Assembly (NCBI GenBank): GCA_903898785.1 | Contig: CAIUGU010000039.1 | Location: forward strand, 13,176 to 77,175 | Reading direction: 5' to 3' | DNA length: 64,000 nt | Source: an uncultured Pseudomonadota bacterium | GTDB lineage: Bacteria; Pseudomonadota; Gammaproteobacteria; Steroidobacterales; Steroidobacteraceae | Part shown: piece by piece, positions 27,978 through 36,784 of the stretch | How the letters are laid out: every line of letters starts with the position of its first letter | Position numbering within the stretch: the first letter of the stretch is position 1 | Notes under the pieces: model-generated | Told to the model about the DNA's origin: nothing | The model's database searches: none | What the model saw: the letters and a program-made list of their open reading frames with translations, nothing else | Position numbers and translations under genes: made by a program

Positions 27978-28993
27978 CGCCGCCGCCCACCGACATCGCG
28001 GGACCCTGGTTCGAGGACCTGTCGCGCGGCCAGGAGTACGACGCCCCCGCCGTGACGCTGACGGCCGGCCACGCCGTGCTGTACCAGGCGCTCTGCGGCG
28101 ACCGCCTGCGCTTGCCGCTGGACCACGCGGCCAGCCGTCGCGTGACGCGCGTCGACGAGCCGCTGTTGCATCCGCTGCTGCCCATCAACGTGGTCATCGG
28201 GCAATCCACGTGGGCGTCGCAGCGCGTGAAGGGCAATCTCTTCTATCGCGGCCTCGTCCTGCAACGGCCGGTGCATGCCGGCGATACGCTCTCGACGCGG
28301 ACGAAGATCGTCGCCCTGCGCCAGAACCAGCCCCGGCCGGAGCGCGCTGCCACCGGCATGGCCGTGCTCGAGGTTGAAACGCACAACCAGCGCGGCGATG
28401 CCGTGCTGAGGTTCTGGCGCTGTCCCATGCTGCCGTGTCGCGACCCGGCCGCAGAGACCGGGTGGAGCGACGATCTCGACAGCATCGGCACCCGACCGCA
28501 GGACGTTGCCGCGGGCGCTGCCGTGCCGTCGTGGTCGCTCGAAGGCCTCGGCGCGTCATGGTCAGGCGTCAAGGCCGCCGACATCGCGGCGGGACAGGCC
28601 TTCCGCATCGATTCCTGGGACACCGTGACCGCGGCTCCGGAATTTGCACGCGTGACACTCAACCTCGCGATGACCCATACCGACGCGCGCAGTTCGTATC
28701 TCGGCGAGCGGCTGGTCTATGGTGGCCACGTACTCGCCATCGCGTTTGCTCAAGTGACCCGCGCAATGCCCAACTTGCTGACGATGCTCGCGTGGGAGCG
28801 CTGCGATCACCTGGCGCCCGTGCTTGAAGGCGACCGCTTGCGGTCGGAGGTCACTGTCGTGGCGAAGAGCCCGGCCCGCTCCGGGACCATGCTCCAGCTC
28901 GTCGTTCGCACTTACGCTACTCGCGGCGCCGTCGACGCAGGTGCCGCGGAAATCCCGGTGCTCGACTGGGTGGTCTGGGTGCTGTCGCTGTAA
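27974..28993 (+). CDS. double hot-dog MaoC-like (R)-enoyl-CoA hydratase (itaconyl-/mesaconyl-CoA hydratase-like)
   Basis: ATGA start/stop overlap with the CoA-transferase gene. 339 aa, with two hot-dog halves. Confidence 0.7.
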   Translation: MTPPPTDIAGPWFEDLSRGQEYDAPAVTLTAGHAVLYQALCGDRLRLPLDHAASRRVTRVDEPLLHPLLPINVVIGQSTWASQRVKGNLFYRGLVLQRPVHAGDTLSTRTKIVALRQNQPRPERAATGMAVLEVETHNQRGDAVLRFWRCPMLPCRDPAAETGWSDDLDSIGTRPQDVAAGAAVPSWSLEGLGASWSGVKAADIAAGQAFRIDSWDTVTAAPEFARVTLNLAMTHTDARSSYLGERLVYGGHVLAIAFAQVTRAMPNLLTMLAWERCDHLAPVLEGDRLRSEVTVVAKSPARSGTMLQLVVRTYATRGAVDAGAAEIPVLDWVVWVLSL

Positions 28994-29042
28994 GGACCCG
29001 GGCCCGGGTCGACGGTCCGGGCGCGGGTCCTCCGTCATGTCT

Positions 29043-30071
29043 TCAGGGTCGGGCCTGCAATTCGGCGGTCGCTGCACCTCGTGTGCGGTAAAGCGAGTAC
29101 AGCACGCCCGCAGCCAGCAAGCCGACGGTCACCGACAGCGAAATCCAGGCTGGCGTCTTGCCGAGCACGTTCACCAGCAGGATCTCGCCGCCGATGAAGA
29201 TCAGCACAGCGGCCAGCGCGTACTTGAGGTAGACGAAGCGCGCGATCATCGCGGCCAGCGCGAAGTACAGCGCCCGCAGGCCGAGGATGGCGAAGATGTT
29301 CGACGTGTACACGATGAACGGGTCCTGCGTGAGCGCGAAGATCGCCGGCACCGAGTCCACCGCGAAGATGAGGTCGACCACTTCGATCAGCACGAGCGCG
29401 AAGAACAGCGGCGTTGCCCACCACACGACGCGAGACGCCTTGCCGTTCGCGGCCGGCGTCGCGCCGTAGGCGTCGGCCGGGAGCTTCACCCAGAACCGGT
29501 TGCCGTGGATGTCGGGCGTCACGCGCACGCGCTTCTGCAGCCACTTGAGCACCGGGTTGCCGGCGAGATCGAACTCCTTGTCGATGAAGAGCAGCATCTT
29601 GATGCCGGTCGCCAGCAGGAACGCGCCGAAGACGTACAGCAACCACGAGAACTCGGCGATCAGCGCAGCGCCTAGGCCGATCATGATGGCGCGCAGCACG
29701 ATGACGCCGAGGATGCCCCAGAAGAGCACGCGATACTGATACTGCGGCGGGATCGCGAAGAAGCCGAAGATCATGGCAATGACGAACACGTTGTCCATCG
29801 CCAGCGTCTTCTCGACCAGGAAACCCGTCAGGTACTGCATGCCGCTGGCAGGGCCCAGGTACCACCAGACCCAGGCGCCGAACAGCAGCCCCATGCCGAT
29901 GTAGGCGCCGGACTGCAGCAGGCTTTCGCGCACCTTGATCTCATGGTCGTCCCGGTGCAGCAGCCCGAGATCGATCGCGAGCAGCAAGATCACGATGCCG
30001 ATGAAACCCAGCCAAAGCCAGGCCGGCTTGCCGAGAAAATCCCCAGTAACGAATGCTGCAATCAGGTCCAT
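29043..30071 (-). CDS. TerC/Alx-family integral membrane protein
   Basis: MDLIAAFVTGDFLGKPAWLWLGFIGIVILLLAIDLGLL..., LAMDNVFVI and FAVDSVPAIFA repeats are characteristic of TerC. Confidence 0.9.
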   Translation of the reverse strand: MDLIAAFVTGDFLGKPAWLWLGFIGIVILLLAIDLGLLHRDDHEIKVRESLLQSGAYIGMGLLFGAWVWWYLGPASGMQYLTGFLVEKTLAMDNVFVIAMIFGFFAIPPQYQYRVLFWGILGVIVLRAIMIGLGAALIAEFSWLLYVFGAFLLATGIKMLLFIDKEFDLAGNPVLKWLQKRVRVTPDIHGNRFWVKLPADAYGATPAANGKASRVVWWATPLFFALVLIEVVDLIFAVDSVPAIFALTQDPFIVYTSNIFAILGLRALYFALAAMIARFVYLKYALAAVLIFIGGEILLVNVLGKTPAWISLSVTVGLLAAGVLYSLYRTRGAATAELQARP

Positions 30072-30104
30072 GGCCCCTACGTCCGTTCCTCAGTCAGTGG
30101 TTGG

Positions 30105-30178
30105 CGTGACCGGCGCCTGCGCTCCGACATGGCAGCTGTCGCTGTCAGAGGGGCCCGAAGCGCAGGGTCCCGGTCACG
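30105..30178 (-). promoter_or_regulatory. structured 5' leader of the TerC gene (class unassigned)
   Basis: In the minus-strand RNA, CGUGACCGG-GAC-CCUGCGCU pairs with AGCGCAGG-CG-CCGGUCACG (9 + 8 bp), enclosing about 35 nt. It ends 33 nt before the ATG. No U-tract follows. Confidence 0.35.
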
Positions 30179-30193
30179 TTGGTTGCCGAATCT

Positions 30194-30553
30194 CTAGTAG
30201 GCAGCAGCAGCTTCTGCGGTCGTGTACAGCCTGGGTCCCGTGCGGTGTTCGCGGTGCCGCCGCGTGATCGCCGACGTGCTGCGCATCGCCTTCGCGAAGG
30301 CATTGGCGATGGCGAGGTACAGGTCGGTGTCCACGCTGCTGGCCACGAGTTCGGCGCCATCGCGCCCGAGGTGCACATGGACCAGGCAGCCCTTGTCGGG
30401 GCCGCCGCGGGTGCCGTTGATGTCGAACAGCCGCACCGTGATGCCCGGCGACAGTTTCGGGAAGTGGCTGCGATAGTGCTCCGCATGCGCCTCCACCGCC
30501 GCCTTGAGGGCGGAGGAGAGGGTAAAGCCGCGGCTCTGGATGTCGGTCTTCAT
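30194..30553 (-). CDS. HPF/RaiA-family ribosome-associated protein (short form)
   Basis: ORF 30194..30604 trimmed to the ATG at 30553, preceded by AGGAGG. MKTDIQSRGFTLSSALKAAVEAH resembles the HPF/RaiA N-terminal pattern. Confidence 0.6.
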   Translation of the reverse strand: MKTDIQSRGFTLSSALKAAVEAHAEHYRSHFPKLSPGITVRLFDINGTRGGPDKGCLVHVHLGRDGAELVASSVDTDLYLAIANAFAKAMRSTSAITRRHREHRTGPRLYTTAEAAAAY

Positions 30554-30648
30554 GCAATGGGCCTCCTGTGCGTTGACGGGGCCATTCTCACTTGCGCCAG
30601 TCATCGAAAAAAGCAGAATATTAGATACTCATCGACAGGAAAAAACTG

Positions 30649-31557
30649 ATGAAAGACCGCGCCCTCCGCTTGAACCTCAAGCACCTCAGGTATTTCACGG
30701 AGGTCGCACGGCGCGGCTCCGTGGTGGCCGCGGCTCGCGCGTTGCACGTGGCGCCGCAGACCGTCAGCGCGCAGCTTCGCGAGCTGCAGGACTCCATTGG
30801 CCATCCGCTGTTCGAACGGGTCGGGCGGCGGCTGGTCTTGAACGGCGACGGCGAGGTGGCGCGCGACTATGCGATGGCGCTGTTCTCCCTGGCCGACGAG
30901 CTCGGCGCGGTGCTGGGCGGCAAGGCCCAGGCACGGCGGACGGTGCTCAGGATCGGCGTGCCCGACGACATCCCGAAGCTGCAGACGGCCGCGGTCGTCG
31001 AGCCCGTCGTGACCCGGCATCGAGAGCGGGTCGAACTCGTCTGCCACGAAGGTGCATTGAGCGAGATGCTCGGGCGCCTGGTGGCCCACGAGCTGGATGC
31101 CGTGCTGTCCGAGCTGCCTGTGCCCCCCGACCTCGCCCGTTCCCTGCAGGGACGCCTGCTCATGAAGTCAGGCACGAGCTTCCTGTGCACGGCCGCACTG
31201 GCGCGGAAACTCGGCAAGAACTTCCCTGCCTGCCTCGAAGGAGCGCCGTTCCTGGCCGGTGCAACGCGTTCCACTTACGGCAGCCACGTGGTCGACACCT
31301 GGCTTGCCCAGCGACAGCTGCATGTCACGGTCGTCGGCCGGTTCGACGACAGCGCCCTGCTCAAGTGCTTTGCGCAGCGGGGGCTGGGTGTCATCGCGGC
31401 ACCCACCAGCATCGAGGGCGATATCCTCAGGCAGTACGGCCTCGTGCTGCTCGGGCGTGCGAACGACGCTACGCATACGCTCTTCATCATCCGGCCGCGG
31501 CGACAGCGCATCCATCCGCTCGTGCTTGAGATCGAGCAGGCGGCGCAGCACGCGTAG
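30649..31557 (+). CDS. LysR-family transcriptional regulator
   Basis: N-terminal wHTH LKHLRYFTEVARRGSVVAAARALHVAPQTVSAQLRELQ. Divergent from the HPF-like/TerC genes across an AT-rich 95-nt spacer. Confidence 0.9.
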   Translation: MKDRALRLNLKHLRYFTEVARRGSVVAAARALHVAPQTVSAQLRELQDSIGHPLFERVGRRLVLNGDGEVARDYAMALFSLADELGAVLGGKAQARRTVLRIGVPDDIPKLQTAAVVEPVVTRHRERVELVCHEGALSEMLGRLVAHELDAVLSELPVPPDLARSLQGRLLMKSGTSFLCTAALARKLGKNFPACLEGAPFLAGATRSTYGSHVVDTWLAQRQLHVTVVGRFDDSALLKCFAQRGLGVIAAPTSIEGDILRQYGLVLLGRANDATHTLFIIRPRRQRIHPLVLEIEQAAQHA

Positions 31558-31636
31558 CGAGGTCCCTGTGCACACGTGCGAAGGTCGGTACAATCCGCGC
31601 CGTCCTTAGGTTGACTGCCACAGTCGAGTCCGCTTG

Positions 31637-32491
31637 ATGTCGCGCTCCCGCGCTGCCCGTTCCCGCAAGTCCCGTGGTTCGCGTCGGCGCAAGCTGAAGC
31701 TGCCGGGACTCTGGCCGCGTGCGCAGACGCGCAAGCGGTGGTGGCGGCGGTTGCGGCGACTGCCTGCGGGAATGCAGGTGCTCGTCGGCGTGGTGCTCGC
31801 CTGTGCGGTCGCGCTGACGGTCAACGTCGCCTACCAGGTCGTTCGCAAGCCTACCGAACTGTTCTTTCCCGTCAGCGGGACGCTGTACAAGAGTCCGGCG
31901 GAGACATGGGAGGAGTACGCAACGATCTTCAGGCGGCACTCCACCGCGTCGATCTCGCCCGAGTTCCTGGCGGCCCTCGCGCAGACGGAGGGGTCCGGCA
32001 ATCCGATCGTCAGGACGTACTGGCGTGTCCGGATGACCGACAAGCCATTCGACGTGTACCGGCCGGCGTCGAGCGCCGTCGGCATGTACCAGATCACCGA
32101 TGGAACGTTCGCCGAGGCGAGGCGGTACTGCGTGCACAACCACGTGGTCGTCGAGGACGGTCCGTGGAACGATACGAAGTCCTGCTGGTTCAACTGGGCG
32201 TACTTCCGGGTTGTTCCGAGCCACGCCGTCGAACTCACGTCGGCGCACCTCGATCGCAGCGTGGCCAGCGCGCTCGCAAGGGCGGGGATCCGGTCGGCAT
32301 CCCTGCAGCAGCGCCAGGACCTGGCAGCAGTGATTCACCTCTGCGGCGCCGGGGCAGGTGCCGTCCATGCGCGCCGGGGCCTGCGCTTTGCGCCGGGCCA
32401 GCGCTGCGGCGACCACGACCCCCGGGAGTACGTCGCACGGGTGAATCGCATGAAGCAGGTCTTTGCCGGACTGGCACGCAAGGACCGCTGA
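31637..32491 (+). CDS. lytic transglycosylase (SLT) domain protein with Arg-rich N-terminus and membrane anchor
   Basis: ORF 31634..32491 (TTG then ATG at 31637). AQTEGSGNP and GMYQIT catalytic-region strings. An alternative start at 31772 (MQVLVGVVLACAVAL) is possible. Confidence 0.7.
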   Translation: MSRSRAARSRKSRGSRRRKLKLPGLWPRAQTRKRWWRRLRRLPAGMQVLVGVVLACAVALTVNVAYQVVRKPTELFFPVSGTLYKSPAETWEEYATIFRRHSTASISPEFLAALAQTEGSGNPIVRTYWRVRMTDKPFDVYRPASSAVGMYQITDGTFAEARRYCVHNHVVVEDGPWNDTKSCWFNWAYFRVVPSHAVELTSAHLDRSVASALARAGIRSASLQQRQDLAAVIHLCGAGAGAVHARRGLRFAPGQRCGDHDPREYVARVNRMKQVFAGLARKDR

Positions 32492-32559
32492 GCGCACGGC
32501 CCCCGCCGTCTGTGCCAGAATCCGGGCGGCAGAATTTAGGCAGCCTCGGGACAACAAGA

Positions 32560-33852
32560 ATGCAACAGACAGTCACGGCAGGGGGCAGCGGCAATTCGCC
32601 CGCCCGCATCCTGTTCGCCAGCCTGATCGGCACTACGATCGAGTTCTTCGATTTCTACATCTACGCCACGGCCGCGGTGCTGGTATTCCCGAAGCTGTTC
32701 TTTCCGTCTGCCGACCCGACGTCCGCTACGCTGCAGTCGCTCGCCACGTTCGCGCTCGCGTTCTTCGCGCGGCCGGTGGGGTCCGCGGTGTTCGGGCATT
32801 TCGGCGACCGCGTCGGCCGCAAGGCCACGCTGGTTGCGGCACTGCTCACGATGGGCCTGTCCACGGTCCTGATCGGCTTGCTGCCCACCTACGCCACCAT
32901 CGGGGTGGCCGCGCCGTTGCTGCTGGCTCTGTGCCGCTTCGGGCAGGGACTTGGGCTCGGCGGCGAATGGGGCGGCGCCGTGCTGCTCGCAACGGAAAAC
33001 GCACCGCCCGGCAAGGGCGCGTGGTACGGCATGTTCCCGCAGCTGGGTGCGCCCATCGGTTTCCTGTGCTCTACCGGCGTGTTCCTCGTGCTGAGCGAAT
33101 CGCTCAGCGATGCGGAGTTCTTTGCATGGGGCTGGCGCGTGCCGTTCCTCGCGAGCGCGCTGCTCGTCTTCTTCGGGCTGTATGTGCGGCTGCGGCTGGA
33201 GGAAACGCCGGCGTTCCGCAAGGCCGTGCAGAACAACGAGCGGGTCCGCATGCCGATGATGGCCGTGCTGCGCGAGTATCCGGGGACGCTGGTGCTCGGC
33301 ACGTTCGCCGCCACCGCCACGTTCGTGGTGTTCTACCTGATGACGGTGTTCTCGCTGAACTGGGGCACGTCGGCACTCGGCTATTCCAGGTCCAGCTTCC
33401 TGGTCCTGCAGATGATCGGAGTCCTGTTCTTTGCGCTGACCATCCCCTTGTCGGCCGTGGCGGCCGATCGCATCGGTCGCAAGCCCATGCTCCTCGCATC
33501 GAGCGTCGCCGTCATCGGTTTCGGGCTGCTGTTCGAGCCGCTCTTCAGCTCGGGCAACGATGCCACGGTGCTCGCGTTCCTGTGCCTGGGGCTTGCCGTC
33601 ATGGGGTTGACCTACGGACCACTTGGAACCGCCTTGTCGGAATTGTTTCCGACGGCGGTGCGTTACACCGGCGCGTCGCTCACGTTCAACCTGGCAGGCA
33701 TCACGGGCGGCTCGCTCGCGCCCTACATCGCGAGCTGGCTGGCTGCACGGTATGGGCTTGCCAGTGTCGGCTACTACCTGAGCGCGGCGGGCTTGCTTAC
33801 GCTGGTCGCACTGTTGTTGCTCAGGTTCCGTCCGCAACCAGGACGGCCATAG
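32560..33852 (+). CDS. MFS metabolite:H+ symporter-type transporter
   Basis: Part of fused ORF 31738..33852, ATG at 32560 (MQQTVTAGGS...). LIGTTIEFFDFYIYATAA, GHFGDRVGRK and GGEWGGA strings are typical of the MHS subfamily. Confidence 0.9.
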   Translation: MQQTVTAGGSGNSPARILFASLIGTTIEFFDFYIYATAAVLVFPKLFFPSADPTSATLQSLATFALAFFARPVGSAVFGHFGDRVGRKATLVAALLTMGLSTVLIGLLPTYATIGVAAPLLLALCRFGQGLGLGGEWGGAVLLATENAPPGKGAWYGMFPQLGAPIGFLCSTGVFLVLSESLSDAEFFAWGWRVPFLASALLVFFGLYVRLRLEETPAFRKAVQNNERVRMPMMAVLREYPGTLVLGTFAATATFVVFYLMTVFSLNWGTSALGYSRSSFLVLQMIGVLFFALTIPLSAVAADRIGRKPMLLASSVAVIGFGLLFEPLFSSGNDATVLAFLCLGLAVMGLTYGPLGTALSELFPTAVRYTGASLTFNLAGITGGSLAPYIASWLAARYGLASVGYYLSAAGLLTLVALLLLRFRPQPGRP

Positions 33853-33860
33853 GGTCTCTC

Positions 33861-34649
33861 ATGCGTATCCCGGTGCTGGTTGTGCTGCTGGTGATCGGCG
33901 CCGCTGCGCATGCGGCCGAGCGAACGGTCCCGCAGCGTACCCCGCCCGTGGCCGTCATCCTCAAGGGCGAGAAGCGTTTTGCGGACGTACGCGAGGCGAC
34001 CGGGCAGCTGTTCGCGGGCACGAACGCCCTGCGAGTCAATGCAGGGCGAACAGCCCTCGCTCGCAGTCCGGAGCTGGCGGCCGCCGCCGGTTCGTTTGCC
34101 GGGTTCATGGCCAGGACCGACGAGTATGGCCACGAGGCCGACGGCAGCGATCCTGCAACGCGTGCCGCCCGGGCCGGGTACGACGCCTGCATCGTCGCAG
34201 AAAACATCGCCTACCAGTCTCTGTCGACAGGTTTCAGTACCGGCGAGCTGGTGCAGTCGTTGCTTGACGGCTGGATGGATTCGCCGGGACACCGCGCCAA
34301 CCTCCTGGCGCCCGACATCACCGAGCTAGGGGTCGCGATCGCACGCAGCGCGCGCAGCGGCAAGTACTACGGCGTGCAGCTCTTCGGACGTCCGCGATCG
34401 CAGACCGTCGAGTTCACGGTCAGGAACAATGCCGACGCGTCGTTTGAGTATGAGCTCGATGGCGAGGTGCAGTCGTTGCCTGTGCGCACGACGTCAAGGC
34501 ACCTGCTTTGCCGCCAGGCGACGCTCGCCTTCCGGTGGCCCGGAAGGCAGCCGGCAACCTCGCTCAAGGTCGAGACGGCGAAGGTCTATGAGATCGTGCG
34601 TGGAGCGGCAGGGGAGTTTCGCGTGAACATGCGAGACGCGCGCCCGTGA
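33861..34649 (+). CDS. secreted CAP/SCP-domain protein with extra C-terminal domain
   Basis: Part of ORF 32463..34649, ATG at 33861. Signal peptide MRIPVLVVLLVIGAAAHA. GWMDSPGHRANLL CAP motif. Confidence 0.8.
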   Translation: MRIPVLVVLLVIGAAAHAAERTVPQRTPPVAVILKGEKRFADVREATGQLFAGTNALRVNAGRTALARSPELAAAAGSFAGFMARTDEYGHEADGSDPATRAARAGYDACIVAENIAYQSLSTGFSTGELVQSLLDGWMDSPGHRANLLAPDITELGVAIARSARSGKYYGVQLFGRPRSQTVEFTVRNNADASFEYELDGEVQSLPVRTTSRHLLCRQATLAFRWPGRQPATSLKVETAKVYEIVRGAAGEFRVNMRDARP

Positions 34650-34706
34650 CGCGAAGCCCTGATCCGCCGGCGGGCAGCCGCGCCGGCGAGGGGCCGTCGA
34701 GTCCCT

Positions 34707-34856
34707 TCAGGCCGTCGTGACGGGCGCGGCGGGCGTGCCGGCCGTGTCGTCCTTCTGTTCCGGCTTCTCGCTGCGCTTGCGCAGCTTCTCTTCCTTCTTG
34801 AGCCGCGTCTGCTGCTCGCGCTGCTTTTTCTGGTGCTTGTAGTTGGGCTTGGCCAT
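34707..34856 (-). CDS. small Lys/Glu-rich protein (49 aa)
   Basis: ORF 34707..34985 trimmed to the ATG at 34856: MAKPNYKHQKKQREQQTRLKKEEKLRKRSEKPEQKDD... It resembles small conserved basic proteins I recall from proteobacteria. Confidence 0.45.
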   Translation of the reverse strand: MAKPNYKHQKKQREQQTRLKKEEKLRKRSEKPEQKDDTAGTPAAPVTTA

Positions 34857-35098
34857 GAATACCTGTATCCGGGAAGGGGGAGCCGGGCAAGCCGTCGCCG
34901 TTGCGGCGCGGCGGCTGCAGCGACCTAGGGGGTCGCTGCGCTTGTCGATTCGCGGGGTTCCGGGCCGGCGGCGGGCAGGGATCACGCGGATGCAGGATCA
35001 CTATACCCGCCTCCCGGAGCCTTCGTGCCATTCGTTTTGGCCGTGCCCCGCCGGCCGCTGGCATACTTCATGTCCCGTGCGGCCCGCAGCAAGCCATC

Positions 35099-35530
35099 AT
35101 GATCTGGTTCAAGCCCACCACCCTCGATGAACTCAGGCAGCGGACAGCGTCGCGGCCCGGCCTGTCGTCGCATCTCGGGATCGAGTTCACCGAGCTCGGA
35201 CCGGACTTCCTTTCGGGCCGGATGCCCGTGGACGGCCGCACGCATCAGCCCTACGGACTGTTGCACGGCGGCGCCTCGTGCGTGCTCGCCGAGACCTTGG
35301 GCAGCGTTGCAGGCGGCCTCGTCGTCGATCGCGAGACGGCCCGCGTCGTCGGCCTCGAGATCAACGCCAACCACATCAAGGCGGTCAGCCGGGGTTTTGT
35401 CGTCGGCACGGCCCGGCCGCTGCATGTCGGCACGACCACGCAAGTGTGGGAGATCCGCATCGAAACCGAGGAGTCCCGCGCGCTGGTCTGCATCAGCCGC
35501 CTGACCCTTGCTGTCGTCCGCGCCAAGTAG
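35099..35530 (+). CDS. PaaI/YbdB-type hot-dog thioesterase
   Basis: Part of ORF 34901..35530, ATG at 35099. HQPYGLLHGGASCVLAETLGS is the typical catalytic region. Confidence 0.85.
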   Translation: MIWFKPTTLDELRQRTASRPGLSSHLGIEFTELGPDFLSGRMPVDGRTHQPYGLLHGGASCVLAETLGSVAGGLVVDRETARVVGLEINANHIKAVSRGFVVGTARPLHVGTTTQVWEIRIETEESRALVCISRLTLAVVRAK

Positions 35531-35539
35531 TCCCCGACC

Positions 35540-36157
35540 ATGTCCATCAAGACGCTGTTTCCGACGCTGGTCTATGTTGCACCGCTGCAGAAGGCGGCTG
35601 CGGCCGACCTCAATCGCCGCCTCGAGCGCGAGTGTATCCAGCTCGCGAGCGACGACGAGGCCGGCGTGAAGTGGTCGGCGCGGAATTATCCGGGCGGATT
35701 CACGTCCTACGGGTCGCAGTCGCGCATGCATACGGTGTCGCCCACGTTCGCGGCGCTCGAGGCGCGTCTCGACCGGCATGTCCGCGCGTATGCCGCACAA
35801 CTCGATTTCGACCTCACGGGGCGCGAGCTGTCGATGACGGATTGCTGGGTCAACATCATGCCGCAGGGCGTCGTGCACAGCCTGCACCTGCATCCGCTCT
35901 CGACGATCAGCGGCACTTATTATGTCCGGACGCCGAAGGGTAGCGCCGGTCTCCGGCTCGAGGACCCGCGTCTTGATCGCTTCATGGGCGCCCCCCCGCG
36001 CAAGGCCGATGCCCGGGAACGCAGCCGCTCCTGGGTGACGATTCCCGCCGAGCGCGGCCAGGTGGTGCTGTTCGAGAGCTGGCTGCGCCACGAAGTGCCG
36101 CCGAACCCGGCACTGAGCGAACGCATCAGCATCAGCTTCAACTACAGCTGGTACTGA
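35540..36157 (+). CDS. TIGR02466-family putative 2OG-Fe(II) oxygenase-like protein
   Basis: MSIKTLFPTLVY..., WVNIMPQG..HSLHLHP and LFESWLRHEV strings. Confidence 0.7.
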   Translation: MSIKTLFPTLVYVAPLQKAAAADLNRRLERECIQLASDDEAGVKWSARNYPGGFTSYGSQSRMHTVSPTFAALEARLDRHVRAYAAQLDFDLTGRELSMTDCWVNIMPQGVVHSLHLHPLSTISGTYYVRTPKGSAGLRLEDPRLDRFMGAPPRKADARERSRSWVTIPAERGQVVLFESWLRHEVPPNPALSERISISFNYSWY

Positions 36158-36244
36158 CACACGGCGTTACTGCATAAGTTAACTCGCACCCCGTTACGTA
36201 ATCGCGAAGGGCATAGTGGGATCGCCCCAAGCGGAGTACGGCGG

Positions 36245-36709
36245 ATGACCCAGTCCCTGGCAGATCGGCGAAGTGGCGACGAACGGCGTCGCCGGACCCT
36301 GTTCGCGTACGTGTACGGCGGGCACCGTCCCCGCCGGCTGAATGGCCGCCGGGAAATCGACCTGATCTATCCCTTCATCGACTGGCATTCGCCGCGGGTC
36401 CTGGCGCTGGCGCTCGGCATCCTCGCGCTGTGCGTGGCCGACGGCGTGCTGACCGTCGTGCTGATCACGCACGGTGCCACCGAAGAGAACCCGTTCATGG
36501 CGCTGCTGGTGCCGCACAACCTGGGGCTGTTCGCTGCGGTCAAGCTCACGCTGACGGCGGCTAGCCTCTTCGTCATCGTCGCCTGCAGCCGCATGCGGCT
36601 GCTGCGGCGGATTCCGGGCGAGTCGATCATGTACGTCGTGCTGGCCGGCTATGCCTTCCTCATCACATACGAACTCGACCTGCTCAGGATGCTGCCCGAC
36701 GTCTGGTAG
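36245..36709 (+). CDS. DUF5658-family membrane protein
   Basis: N-terminal DRRSGDERRRR segment followed by TM helices (CVADGVLTVVLITHGATEENP). Confidence 0.65.
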   Translation: MTQSLADRRSGDERRRRTLFAYVYGGHRPRRLNGRREIDLIYPFIDWHSPRVLALALGILALCVADGVLTVVLITHGATEENPFMALLVPHNLGLFAAVKLTLTAASLFVIVACSRMRLLRRIPGESIMYVVLAGYAFLITYELDLLRMLPDVW

Positions 36710-36784
36710 GCCCGGCAGGGGGATGCAAAACCCGTTGCAGCGCCCTGCTGTTCCGACGCACGGACAGACTTTTCCACCACCCTG

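Noticed and set aside
30072-30193. Calling the TerC leader a yybP-ykoY (Mn) riboswitch.
   Set aside because: The context fits, but I cannot find the conserved GGGGAGUAG-type and ACAUA-type loop sequences. It is kept only as an unassigned structured leader.
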